From positions 64,001 through 128,000 of the IMG/VR virus record IMGVR_UViG_3300033549_000065: a stretch of 64,000 nt of DNA; one strand, written 5' to 3'. The notes beneath the pieces were generated by a model. That model saw nothing but the letters and a program-made list of their open reading frames with translations, had not been told where the DNA came from and searched no databases. Each line of letters opens with the position of its first letter. Within the stretch, counting starts at the first letter, position 1. The position numbers and the translations under genes were made by a program. The stretch comes from a virus. Taxonomy: Duplodnaviria > Heunggongvirae > Uroviricota > Caudoviricetes. Below are positions 37,365-47,766 of this stretch, piece after piece.

Positions 37365-40300
37365 ATGCCAAATGAAGGTAAGTTATTAGGGCAGATTAAG
37401 TTAGATTTAAGCGAGCTAAAGAGGCAAATTAAAGAGATTGACAGACTTTTAAAGGGTATAAATAATGGAGATAAAACCGTTGATTTACACGTAAAAGTTG
37501 ATAGAAGCGGTTTAGATAAATATGGTGAAGTGGTTCAAGAGATTATAAGGCGTAACAAGGATTTAGAAGAAGTCGGGAGAGTTACAAAGCGTTCTCTTGA
37601 CGGACTTACTACAACATTAAGAGAAAATAAAAAAGGATTAACTTCAGTAAGAGAAGAAGTCACAAATACCTCTGTTACTTTTCAGAGAGAATTTTCTAAA
37701 ATTACCAATCAATACAATAAGCTTAGTATAGCGCAAAGACAGCAACCGGGAGAAATCAGGAATGTTATTACTCAAATTGAAAAATTGGCTCAAGGTTACG
37801 ACTTAGAATCTAAAGAGTTAAGTAAATTACTTCAACTTAAAGCCAGATTAGAAGAAGCAGAACAGAGAGCTATGAAAAATCAAGGCAACAAGCCCTCTAC
37901 TTTAGCTCAAAGGTATAACGATGAGTATAAAGCTTTGTTACAGCTTCAGAGAACTCAACGGATTTCAAATGAGGAATTTATGAATCGTGGTTCTCAGATG
38001 AGAGCAGGAGCTAATTGGCATTTTTTAACCGATGAGAATCAGATTAGCTTAGTTAGAGAATTAAATGCTGCTGAACAACAGAATACTCGTATTCTGAATG
38101 AAAACAGAAGAGCAAGAGAAGCACAAAGAACAATACAAGATTACTCTGGAATTCAAAGAGAAGTAAACGCTTATAGAAATTTAAATACCGAACAGCAAAG
38201 ATTACCAAGGCACATTTCAATGATTATAGCCCAATATGACCAGTTAATAACTCGTTACCAGCGCGAAGGAAGAGAAATTAGTACTCTTTTAGCTGAAAGA
38301 AATAGGTATAATAGAACACTGCAACAATCTATAGCTGAACAAAGGCGTTTGTATGAAACTTCAGTACAATCAAGCAGAGCAGAGCGTTCTTTTATGACAG
38401 GTGTACTTGGTTCTGGCGATAGAAGAGCGACAGACGTTGACAGATTTAGAAATAGTTTAACTTACATGACTTCTGGTATGCTTATAGGTTCTGGTTATCA
38501 GGCTATTGGAAATGCTGTTAAAGTTAATAGAGAATATGAAACTAGCTTAATTGATTTGAGCAGAACACTTGGAAACGTTACGCAAGGCGATTTGAAAGAA
38601 TACGGGCAAGCTGCTATTCAATTTGCAAAAGAGTTTGGACAACCTTTAAACGAAGTACAAAAAGCTATGACTGAGCTTGCTAGGGCTGGCATTGATAATA
38701 GAGAAGATTTAATGTCAATGACAAAAACTGTTATGTTAGGTTTAAACACTACTGAAATAAAAGATGCAAATGAAATGACAGGATTTTTAGTATCTACTGT
38801 AAAACAGTTAGGACTTGAATTTAAAGATGCGGAGTCTATTATAGATAAATGGAATTATCTTGCTGATAAATACGCTGTTAAGACTAATGACTTTGCAGAA
38901 GCCACACAAAAAGCTGGTACTGCAAGTAGATTTTTAGGAGTGGATTTAGATACATTAAATGCTATGGTTGTTGTACTCGGAGAGAGAACACAGGCCAGTG
39001 GGTCGGAAATTGGAAATGCCTTGAAGGCAATGGAAACAAGATTATTACGTCCTGAGACTGTAAAAGTACTTGAATCGTATGGTATTGCTGTTAAAAAGAA
39101 TAATAAAGAATTTTATACTTTCCAGCAAATTATGAAACAAGTAAATGAAACAATAAATAGTTTAGGGGAAAGTTCGCCTCAAGCAAATGAATTACTTGAT
39201 GCTATTGGTGGAGTTTGGAGAAAAAATCAAATTTCAATTTTAGCTGATAATTGGGGCGAAATAGAAAGTATTTCAAAAAAAGGAACAGAAGCTATTGGTT
39301 GGAGTGCAAAAGAAAATGAAAAAGTAATGGAAACATTTGCAAAGAATCTCGAACAATTAAAAGTAGCTTTAAGTGAAGTGGCTTTAGCAATGGGCGAAGC
39401 TGGTCTTTTCGGACAATTAAAATCTTTAACTGAAGGTATAAAACTATTCGCAGAATGGTTTAGTAATTTACCACCTTTATTTAAGTCTTTCGTTGTTTAT
39501 TTTGCTGAAATGACTGCTGCTATTGCTTTATTACAAGTCGCTTTTAAAGCGGTATTCGGAAGAGAATTAGTTGTTTTGTTAACCGTTATAGTAAGTAAAT
39601 TTGCAGCAGTTGGATTCGCTACTGCTGGAATAGCTTTGGCTCAAACTGGCTTGAATGCAGCCTACGAAATTGGCAAAGTCTCATTAATGGAATATGTAGC
39701 TATTCAAGATGCTTTGAGAATAGGACAAATGAACCTTACTTTAAGTTCAAGCGCTATGACTGTTCAAACTCAAGCTTTTTCTGCTGCTGCTCAAGGCAGT
39801 ATAGGCACTCTTTCTAAATTAGGATTAGCAATAACGGGAATAACTTTTGCTGTTGGAGCGTTATTAGCTGGTTGGATGGCATATTCACACTACAGAGCGC
39901 AAGAAGATGAAAAAGAAAAAAGACAAAAAGAAGAACTGCTTAAAAAAAATCAGCAAGAATTAGAATCTTTACTTGAGGTAAGAAATTATTATATTGAAAA
40001 CGGAAAAAAAATAGAAGATAATTTCACAGTTAAAGAAAAGCTTCTGCAAATGGAAAAAAAAATAATTGATATTTTCGGAGAAGAGTCAGAAAAAATTGAC
40101 CTTGTCAATGGTAAATATGATGAACAAATTGATAAACTTGGGATATTGCAAGATAAAAAGTTTATGGCAGAATTTAGAGATTCAGATGAGACAATCCGCA
40201 AGATGGAAAGAGAAGATAGATTTACAATGCCTATTTTACAAAATAGAGAAATAGAGTCTATAAGTTCGCTTGTTGGTGGAAAAGCTAACAAATTTGATAT

Positions 40301-43300
40301 TAAAAAACCAGAGACATTAATTCCTGACAGTCCAGCAAAAGCATGGGATGATGTAACAAAATTTATAGACAGAGCTATAGGCAAAGCACAAACGTATAGA
40401 GTCGTGAATGACGAAAACGCTAAAGTAATTTTGACAACTCAGGAATATCATAAAAAATTACTTGAGTTAAAAGGAAAAATTTTAGCGAGGGATGAAAGTA
40501 TATTTGAAAAAGGAAAAGGAATTGCGGTTACTCATGATGATTGGGAAAATGCAACAATAGCTGTTAATGAAAAATTAAAAGAAGTCGAAGGAAAAGAGAA
40601 GAGGATTTTTGATTTAAAAAAAGCTTCTTTAAAATATGCAAAGACAGATGTTGAAGCCAGAAACAAAGAAAAGGATTTCAGTCCTACTCAAAAAACAATA
40701 TTTGATGAATTAAGTAAGAGGATAGAAGAAACAAAACCTCGGTTTGACCAGTATTATGCAGATTTACTCAGCCTTTCTAGTCTTATTGAAAATTGGGACG
40801 GAACTAATATTGAAGAATTTGCTAAAAAAATAACAGAAGCTGTTCCTAGATTAAAAGATTTTAAAGTAGAAGACATAATTTCTCCTGAAAATATTAAATT
40901 AATTGGTGAGGCTGCTGCTGAAATTGCTGCTTTAACAAAAGCAATTGAAGAAAATCAAAAAGCCATTGATTTACAAAGAAGCAAAATGTCTATTTTAAAA
41001 GAAGTTATTTCTGAATTAGACGAAAATCATAAATTGTCTTCTGAAACAATGCAAACAATAATAAGAGATTACCCTCAACTTTTAGCTTACCTTGGACATG
41101 AAGCAAGTTTAAGGCAAAAAGTAGCAATGTCTCAACAAGAAGAGTTAAAAAAATTAAAAGATTTATATAAAGAAGAGTTAGAATTAAGCGAGGGCTTTTT
41201 TAAAGATGTTTATGAAAACGATGAAAGATTATGGAATTTAGTAAGTTTGCTTTACGAAGGTGATTTATCTAAGTTTAAAAATATAGCTTCTGTAAAATTA
41301 CAAATTAATGAAGAACTAACTGAATTGATGGGTAAACAATGGGCAAATACTTTTGAAAATGAAGGTGAAATGTTAGCCAACTTAATAGCTGAAACTGAAA
41401 AGCATTTCCGTGAAATGGGAAGTACTGACAAAACTATGGAGGCTCAAATTAATCGTTGGAAACAACAAAAGCAACTCTATGATTTGCTTACAAAACCTGT
41501 TGCAGACACTATAGATAAGACGGATTGGAACTCTTTGTTAAAAAAAGAAAGTAGTGGCAGTGCAAGTACGACTAACAATCCTGCTAATGCTAAGACTCTT
41601 CCTTCTGAATTAATTGAGGGTGACAGATATTATGAGTTAAATAAAGCTTTGGCAGATGTAAATAATATGCTTGCTGCAAATAAAGCCTTACAGGAAGACC
41701 CGAAAATCAAAAATAACATCCAAGAACAAATTAGACTGAGGAATATCGAACAGCAAATTCTAAAGAAAAAACAAGATGCTTTGCATAACATTGCTGCTGA
41801 ACAGCGCAGAGAAAGAGGAGAAATAGTTCAAAGACTTTCAAAGCCTGCAATTGGTATTAAGTTTAAAGGAGAAGGAGATGCACTTTCTGCTGTTAATATG
41901 CTTGAAATCCTTAATAAAAAGCTTAACGAAGTAAATCTACATAAAGATGATAAGGATAAAAGCACTTATGATAGGCTTAATAAAGCTTATAATGCTTTAA
42001 AGAAAGATACTGATAGATTTATTGAACTACAAACCAATGGAATACCGGGGATGAAACAAGATTGGCTTGAAGTAGCAAAAACAATATATGAAGTTGATGA
42101 TGCAATCCTTAAACTTAGAGTTGATTTAGATTTTGACTCTATAAATAAAAAGATTGAAAATGCCAATAATGCTCTTAAAGATTTAGATTTTAAAGAAGTT
42201 ATGGCTGGTTCTGATAACGTTAAATTATCTGAAATTAAAATGCAAAAGATTGATGAGCTTACAGAAGTTATTGATAAAGAAATCGCTAAATTAGATGAAT
42301 TAAACAAAGTTACAGAAGAAGCAAAACTTGGTAATGAAGATTGGCAGAATAGTTACAATTCTTTAATAGACTCTACTCAAGAACACATGAAGCAACTCAA
42401 GGGTTATACCGATGCTATTAATGAGCTTAAAGGCCAAAATATTGACGAAGTAGAATCTAAAATTATTGAAATCATCAATAAAGGTATTGAGTTACGCAAA
42501 GAAGCACTTGAAGAAGAGCTTGATGATTATAAAAAGTATGTTGATAAAATTCTTGAGGAAAGAGATAGGCTTGACGAAGAAGAGGATTATGACAAAGCTT
42601 TAAAGAAAGAACTTAAAGCCAAACAGGACATTCAGAATAAGATTAATAAAATTTCACAGGATAATTCTCTTGAAGCATACCAGAGAAGGAGAGAACTTGA
42701 GAAGCAGTTAGCAGAACAAGAAGAAAAAATTTCTGATATGCAAACCGACAGACAGAGAAATCTTACAAAACAAAATCTTCAAGATTCAGTGACAGATAAA
42801 GAAGAAATACACGAAGCATCTTTGAAAAAGCTTGACGAGGATTACAGCGACTATAATAAGAAAGTTATCGCTCATAATATTATGCTTGCTGGTTCTTTTG
42901 ATTCATTAAAAGAGAAGCTCCCAGAACTTTTTACTGAACTTAATTTACAGACAAGTGGATTTCAAGCATCTACAGAAGATTTCTTTGCTGTTTTTGAAAC
43001 ATTTGAAGTTAAATTTGGCAGTACTCTATTGGGCTATATTGAAAAGTTCGAAAAAGAAATGTTGCCAAAAATCAAACAAGCAATTATTGACATAAAGGCT
43101 GAAATTGATGAGTTAAACGGTGAACTTGAAAAACCACCTAAAGAAGAACCTGTTTATATTGACCCTAAAACAGGTAAACCATTTCCATCAAGTATGTGGA
43201 TTAATCCCGGAACAGGACTACCTTCTTGGAGGCAGGAATCTAAGGAGTATCAAGAAAAAGTCGCTTCGGGCGAAATAGTACCAGAACTGCCAAAGAATGA

Positions 43301-43886
43301 AAATGGCAGTGCTTACACTGAAGAACATAAAATGGACACTTTAGACACTGCTTCACAAAAGAGTGAAGAAATAAATAAATCTCCTTATGATGTAACTGAA
43401 CATAAAATAGATGCTTTGAAGCTTGAACTTGGAACATTGCAAAGGGCTTATAGAGCAACTACAGATAAAAACCTACAAAGCACTTATGCAGAAGAAGGAA
43501 AAATAAAAAGAGCACAACTTAAAGAGCTTGGTTATAATGTCGGAGATAAAGAACTTTTCATAGACTATAAGAGCATATTCGGAAGTAAGGCTGGTGGTAT
43601 TAACACTGGTTTGGCTTATGACACTGGATTATATATGCTTCATGGCAGTAAAACTAGACCAGAATGGGTGCTTAATAACGAACAGATGTTCAATCTTGTT
43701 AAAGGATTAGCAAATACTTCTGCTCCATCTTCTTCAAACGATGCAACGGGCATTGGAAATATTAATCTGGCGATTAATATTGGAGGTAACGCAACAGATG
43801 ATATCGTATATGATATCAAGAATGCGGGCAAAAATATTCTTTTAGACATCAAAAAAGAACTTAATAAGATGGGAATATATAAATAG
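37365..43886 (+). CDS. Tail tape measure protein
   Basis: 2173 aa helical / coiled-coil protein with a TP901-type core (ELARAG, A.QKAG.A) and C-terminal LHG...E.VLN..Q. Confidence 0.92.
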   Translation: MPNEGKLLGQIKLDLSELKRQIKEIDRLLKGINNGDKTVDLHVKVDRSGLDKYGEVVQEIIRRNKDLEEVGRVTKRSLDGLTTTLRENKKGLTSVREEVTNTSVTFQREFSKITNQYNKLSIAQRQQPGEIRNVITQIEKLAQGYDLESKELSKLLQLKARLEEAEQRAMKNQGNKPSTLAQRYNDEYKALLQLQRTQRISNEEFMNRGSQMRAGANWHFLTDENQISLVRELNAAEQQNTRILNENRRAREAQRTIQDYSGIQREVNAYRNLNTEQQRLPRHISMIIAQYDQLITRYQREGREISTLLAERNRYNRTLQQSIAEQRRLYETSVQSSRAERSFMTGVLGSGDRRATDVDRFRNSLTYMTSGMLIGSGYQAIGNAVKVNREYETSLIDLSRTLGNVTQGDLKEYGQAAIQFAKEFGQPLNEVQKAMTELARAGIDNREDLMSMTKTVMLGLNTTEIKDANEMTGFLVSTVKQLGLEFKDAESIIDKWNYLADKYAVKTNDFAEATQKAGTASRFLGVDLDTLNAMVVVLGERTQASGSEIGNALKAMETRLLRPETVKVLESYGIAVKKNNKEFYTFQQIMKQVNETINSLGESSPQANELLDAIGGVWRKNQISILADNWGEIESISKKGTEAIGWSAKENEKVMETFAKNLEQLKVALSEVALAMGEAGLFGQLKSLTEGIKLFAEWFSNLPPLFKSFVVYFAEMTAAIALLQVAFKAVFGRELVVLLTVIVSKFAAVGFATAGIALAQTGLNAAYEIGKVSLMEYVAIQDALRIGQMNLTLSSSAMTVQTQAFSAAAQGSIGTLSKLGLAITGITFAVGALLAGWMAYSHYRAQEDEKEKRQKEELLKKNQQELESLLEVRNYYIENGKKIEDNFTVKEKLLQMEKKIIDIFGEESEKIDLVNGKYDEQIDKLGILQDKKFMAEFRDSDETIRKMEREDRFTMPILQNREIESISSLVGGKANKFDIKKPETLIPDSPAKAWDDVTKFIDRAIGKAQTYRVVNDENAKVILTTQEYHKKLLELKGKILARDESIFEKGKGIAVTHDDWENATIAVNEKLKEVEGKEKRIFDLKKASLKYAKTDVEARNKEKDFSPTQKTIFDELSKRIEETKPRFDQYYADLLSLSSLIENWDGTNIEEFAKKITEAVPRLKDFKVEDIISPENIKLIGEAAAEIAALTKAIEENQKAIDLQRSKMSILKEVISELDENHKLSSETMQTIIRDYPQLLAYLGHEASLRQKVAMSQQEELKKLKDLYKEELELSEGFFKDVYENDERLWNLVSLLYEGDLSKFKNIASVKLQINEELTELMGKQWANTFENEGEMLANLIAETEKHFREMGSTDKTMEAQINRWKQQKQLYDLLTKPVADTIDKTDWNSLLKKESSGSASTTNNPANAKTLPSELIEGDRYYELNKALADVNNMLAANKALQEDPKIKNNIQEQIRLRNIEQQILKKKQDALHNIAAEQRRERGEIVQRLSKPAIGIKFKGEGDALSAVNMLEILNKKLNEVNLHKDDKDKSTYDRLNKAYNALKKDTDRFIELQTNGIPGMKQDWLEVAKTIYEVDDAILKLRVDLDFDSINKKIENANNALKDLDFKEVMAGSDNVKLSEIKMQKIDELTEVIDKEIAKLDELNKVTEEAKLGNEDWQNSYNSLIDSTQEHMKQLKGYTDAINELKGQNIDEVESKIIEIINKGIELRKEALEEELDDYKKYVDKILEERDRLDEEEDYDKALKKELKAKQDIQNKINKISQDNSLEAYQRRRELEKQLAEQEEKISDMQTDRQRNLTKQNLQDSVTDKEEIHEASLKKLDEDYSDYNKKVIAHNIMLAGSFDSLKEKLPELFTELNLQTSGFQASTEDFFAVFETFEVKFGSTLLGYIEKFEKEMLPKIKQAIIDIKAEIDELNGELEKPPKEEPVYIDPKTGKPFPSSMWINPGTGLPSWRQESKEYQEKVASGEIVPELPKNENGSAYTEEHKMDTLDTASQKSEEINKSPYDVTEHKIDALKLELGTLQRAYRATTDKNLQSTYAEEGKIKRAQLKELGYNVGDKELFIDYKSIFGSKAGGINTGLAYDTGLYMLHGSKTRPEWVLNNEQMFNLVKGLANTSAPSSSNDATGIGNINLAINIGGNATDDIVYDIKNAGKNILLDIKKELNKMGIYK

Positions 43887-43932
43887 TTGAGAGGGAATTT
43901 CTTTATATTTTTAAATGCTTAAAATTTTTATT

Positions 43933-43972
43933 ATATTTAAATATGGATAAAATTTTTGGCGTATTTAAATAT
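43933..43972. promoter_or_regulatory. Double box, 28 bp period
   Basis: ATATTTAAATAT at 43933, GTATTTAAATAT at 43961. Confidence 0.8.
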
Positions 43973-44017
43973 AAAGAAATTCCCATTTTTATTAATAACG
44001 GAAATGAGGGAAAAATT

Positions 44018-44779
44018 TTGATTTCAACTAAGTTTTATTTTAATGGAACAGATAGTGAAAGCATGGGAGTTTATTTAATAAGAACTCAAAACAATATGAT
44101 TTCTTTGCCGTTTGTTCCAGCGAGGGAAATTAAAGAGGAATATCCTACTAATGCAAGACAACCGTATCATTTCGCTGTTCAAAATCAATGTCCTACCATA
44201 GTAATGACGTTTTCTACATTAACTAATAATATGGATGCTGACACACTTAAAGACATAGCTACATGGCTTTTAGCAGATGAATACAGAGAATTTTACAGTG
44301 AAGATAATTCTGATAAAATATATTATTTGATGGCAACTGGTGAAACAAATTTCATAACTAATGCTAATAATGAGGGATATATTGAAGTTCGGTATAGAAG
44401 CAAATTTCCATATGCGTTAACTACTGCATCAACTCCTACATTTACTATAAATGGCACTGGTTCTTTTTCAATAGATTGTGAATGTAATGCTTTTGAGCAT
44501 TATTTCCCAGAAGTAGAAATAACAGTTTCAACAACTCCAACTACTGTCACTTTTACAAATACCACTGATAGTAATAGATTTACGAGTATAGGAGGTTTAA
44601 CGGTAGGGGAAGTTGTTTATTTAAATAATAACAAAAAGCAAATGATTTCAAGTCTGTCAAACTACTTATACGATGATTTTAATAAGAATTGGATACGATT
44701 ATTATATGGGACAAACACCTTTGATGTAGTAGGTAGATGCACAATTACTTTCAGAGTTCAATATCCCGTGTTTACTTAA
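44018..44779 (+). CDS. Distal tail protein (Dit)
   Basis: Follows the tape measure; FYFNG.DS..MGV N-terminus, WIRL.YG.N C-terminus; TTG 44018 has an SD (GAGGG), track start 43943 overlaps a box. Confidence 0.8.
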   Translation: MISTKFYFNGTDSESMGVYLIRTQNNMISLPFVPAREIKEEYPTNARQPYHFAVQNQCPTIVMTFSTLTNNMDADTLKDIATWLLADEYREFYSEDNSDKIYYLMATGETNFITNANNEGYIEVRYRSKFPYALTTASTPTFTINGTGSFSIDCECNAFEHYFPEVEITVSTTPTTVTFTNTTDSNRFTSIGGLTVGEVVYLNNNKKQMISSLSNYLYDDFNKNWIRLLYGTNTFDVVGRCTITFRVQYPVFT

Positions 44780-44796
44780 AGGGAGAGTGATGAGAT

Positions 44797-47745
44797 ATGT
44801 TGATTGACAATATAGCTGGAAGTGAATTCCGCTATGAAATTTATATATGTAAGCCATATGCAACACTTCAAGGCACAACTCCCGTACATCAAACACTAGG
44901 ATGTTTAACTGAATGTGCAGATGAAATTACCTATAAAAAAGAACTTCAGAATGTAAATGAATTAACTTTTAATGTTTATTTAAATTGGAATGATTTAGAA
45001 GACACTGAAAATACAAACTTTAATTTAGTAAAAGAAGGTAAAATAATCCTACTCCAAACTTATATAGATGATACCTTGCAATCCTCGGAATATTTATATA
45101 TTTATGAGGTTAATCTTGAAGGTGGAGAAAAATCGGTTAAAAGCGTAAAATGTTATTCCAAACAATATTTGTGGAATAAAATTAAATTAAGAGATTTTCA
45201 AGACAATGATGATACGGATTTTGTAGCCACTAGAAGAATATATACAGGAGATACTTTTGATGCCACTACGCCAACTCTTGGCGGGATTATAGATTATATA
45301 ATTCAAGAAAAGCTTTATAATACTTGGTCTGTAAGTTATGTATCAGCTTCAATTTCTGATGTTTATAGGACATTTGATATTACAGAACAAAGTTTATTAG
45401 ATGTAGTGCATGATGTAGAGCGATTGTTTAATTGTGTATTTTTCTTTGACACCTATCATCATGACATTCAAATTAAAGCATATGCTGACCTTGACTCTGA
45501 GACAGGGTTAGTTCTTGCAAAGGAAAATTATTTAACTTCTATAAAAGAAAATATAAAGCTTGATGAAGTTGTTACGAGGCTTTATTGTACTGGCAAAGAT
45601 GGTATAACTTTAAATGGAGTTAATGTAACGGGACAAGGTTATATAGATAATTTTACTTATTTCCGAACAACCGATTATATGAGTAGTGGTTTGATTGCAG
45701 CATTTCTTGTTTATGATGATGTTCTTGTAGTATATCAAGGACAATTCGAAGCACAACAAGAAGATTTGACTGAAGCTCAAGAAGATATGGATATTTTAGA
45801 AGTCGAGTTGGCTAATTTAGAAACTTTATTAATTGAATATACGGATAATCAAGATGCCTGTGTAAGATTTGGAGGATTAATATTAGGTCATGATTATTCA
45901 TATTGGCATAATTTAGTAACTTCAACGAAAACATCTATAACTAATAAAAATTTAGAAATTGATGCTAAACAGATTGAGATTGATAACATTAATATAGCTA
46001 TAAGTGCCATTGCAACTGCTACGAGCTATGAAGCTAATTTTACTACAACACAGTTACAAGAACTTGTTCAGTTTATAAATGAGGAAACAGTTACTTGCGA
46101 CACAGACGATGAAGATGAATTAATGAATTATGCAGAAGAGGTTTTGGCAATTAAAGCTTCTCCTCCTATTGAATTTGATTGTGATGTTGCAGACTTTTTA
46201 AGTGCAAGTTCAGAGAATTTCACTTGGGACAAGTTTACTTTAGGGGCTTTAATAGATTTAGAATATGATGATTTTAATATTCAGTCAAAACCAAGAATAA
46301 CTTCATATACGCATAATATCAGTAATCACACACTTTCTGTTACAGTTTCAAATAAAACTTATTTAAATGATGATTTAAATTATATAAGTGCAATTATAGC
46401 AATGACAAGAAAGACAACTGCATTAGTTTCCGAAGAAAGAACGGATTATCTATCGTACACAGAGGATAGAGATACCATAATATACAACTCTGATACTATT
46501 GATACTACAATTACCCCGATTGAATCGGGTAACGGAACTGTATTAACTCGTTATGGAATGTTCTTTAGAGAAACAGAAAATGCAAATTCTCAGTTAAGAA
46601 TTTTTGACGATAGAATATTATTCACAAATGATAATTGGGCGACTGAGCCAACAACAGCTATTAATAGTGAAGGTATATATTGTCAGAGCCTTTGGATGCT
46701 GACAAACACTGGTGGTACTGTAACAATAAATGACAGCACTATTCAAATTACTGACATGGAGCTTGATTTGCTTGCGAACAGTAATAATAACAGAATTTTA
46801 TTAAATCCATTATATGGGTTTCAAATTCAACAAAGTACAACTCCTGTATTATACTGTGACACAGATGGTACAGTATATGCAAAAGACATTCATTTACAGG
46901 CCAATGGTTCTAATAATGTTATTTACATTAATCCAGATAAAGGTATTGAAATTACTAAGACAGGAGCTACAACACCTTTACTTTATGCTACTGCCGGAGG
47001 CGATTTGTATTTACAGAACGCTTATTTTGTTAACAGTGACGGTTCAATCAGTATTTCTCCAACAAAAATTGAGATTTTAAATGGAGCTATTGAAATAAAG
47101 AATTCTGCTGGAACGAGCACTATACTAGATGAATACGGTATCGACCCTAAGTTTTTGGATTATTATAAGAATATGGTAATTAACAGTTCTTTTGAGTGTT
47201 TCGATGATGTAACTAAAATCCCTACTTTTTGGAGTGCAGGAGAAAGTTATACTGGTTCTGCTTTTCATGGTACATACAGTTTAAAACTAACTGCTGGTGA
47301 AACATCAATTCAAACTGCACCTTCTTGGGCTGCTGGTGTTGTACTTAATCCTGAATGGTGGGATAGCTTAGTTGCAAGAGTTAGCTTTTATAGAAAACTT
47401 GGAGAGGTTACTATTAAAATAAAAGACATCACAAATAGTACCTATTACACACTTACAGATGAAGAGGGTAATACTGGAACATCAATTGTTTTTGCCACTA
47501 ATACGTCATGGGTTGAATCTCGCTCAAGCATTACGTTTGACCCGAATGAAACAGGACATGAGACTTGTGTTAACTGTGCTGTTGAGTTTACGAACTCTCA
47601 CGCTACAGACTCTTGTTATATTGATGCTGTTCAGCTTGCACCTGATTTTACAGGTAAGTGGAGTCAGATTTACAAGGATGGTCAGTATAGTGTTGGAGTT
47701 AACTCAATAGGCGATTATAGCCCTACAGTGGCAACGTTCGGATAA
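44797..47745 (+). CDS. Tal / baseplate hub (prophage endopeptidase-tail-like) protein
   Basis: Follows Dit; VVTRLY..GKDG, coiled-coil middle, C-terminal CBM-like domain. Confidence 0.75.
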   Translation: MLIDNIAGSEFRYEIYICKPYATLQGTTPVHQTLGCLTECADEITYKKELQNVNELTFNVYLNWNDLEDTENTNFNLVKEGKIILLQTYIDDTLQSSEYLYIYEVNLEGGEKSVKSVKCYSKQYLWNKIKLRDFQDNDDTDFVATRRIYTGDTFDATTPTLGGIIDYIIQEKLYNTWSVSYVSASISDVYRTFDITEQSLLDVVHDVERLFNCVFFFDTYHHDIQIKAYADLDSETGLVLAKENYLTSIKENIKLDEVVTRLYCTGKDGITLNGVNVTGQGYIDNFTYFRTTDYMSSGLIAAFLVYDDVLVVYQGQFEAQQEDLTEAQEDMDILEVELANLETLLIEYTDNQDACVRFGGLILGHDYSYWHNLVTSTKTSITNKNLEIDAKQIEIDNINIAISAIATATSYEANFTTTQLQELVQFINEETVTCDTDDEDELMNYAEEVLAIKASPPIEFDCDVADFLSASSENFTWDKFTLGALIDLEYDDFNIQSKPRITSYTHNISNHTLSVTVSNKTYLNDDLNYISAIIAMTRKTTALVSEERTDYLSYTEDRDTIIYNSDTIDTTITPIESGNGTVLTRYGMFFRETENANSQLRIFDDRILFTNDNWATEPTTAINSEGIYCQSLWMLTNTGGTVTINDSTIQITDMELDLLANSNNNRILLNPLYGFQIQQSTTPVLYCDTDGTVYAKDIHLQANGSNNVIYINPDKGIEITKTGATTPLLYATAGGDLYLQNAYFVNSDGSISISPTKIEILNGAIEIKNSAGTSTILDEYGIDPKFLDYYKNMVINSSFECFDDVTKIPTFWSAGESYTGSAFHGTYSLKLTAGETSIQTAPSWAAGVVLNPEWWDSLVARVSFYRKLGEVTIKIKDITNSTYYTLTDEEGNTGTSIVFATNTSWVESRSSITFDPNETGHETCVNCAVEFTNSHATDSCYIDAVQLAPDFTGKWSQIYKDGQYSVGVNSIGDYSPTVATFG

Positions 47746-47766
47746 GGATAAAAGGAGTGAATATAG

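Noticed and set aside
3422-43852. Numerous 60-150 aa - strand ORFs inside the structural and glycan genes (e.g. 3686-4027, 5839-6210, 13235-13693, 39989-40384)
   Set aside because: Fully antisense to long motif-bearing genes, with Ser/Leu/Phe/Ile-rich shadow composition and no RBS
37365-43886. Lytic transglycosylase or M23 domain in the tape measure
   Set aside because: No ExxG/GLMQ or HxxxD...HxH motifs recognised in the C-terminal region
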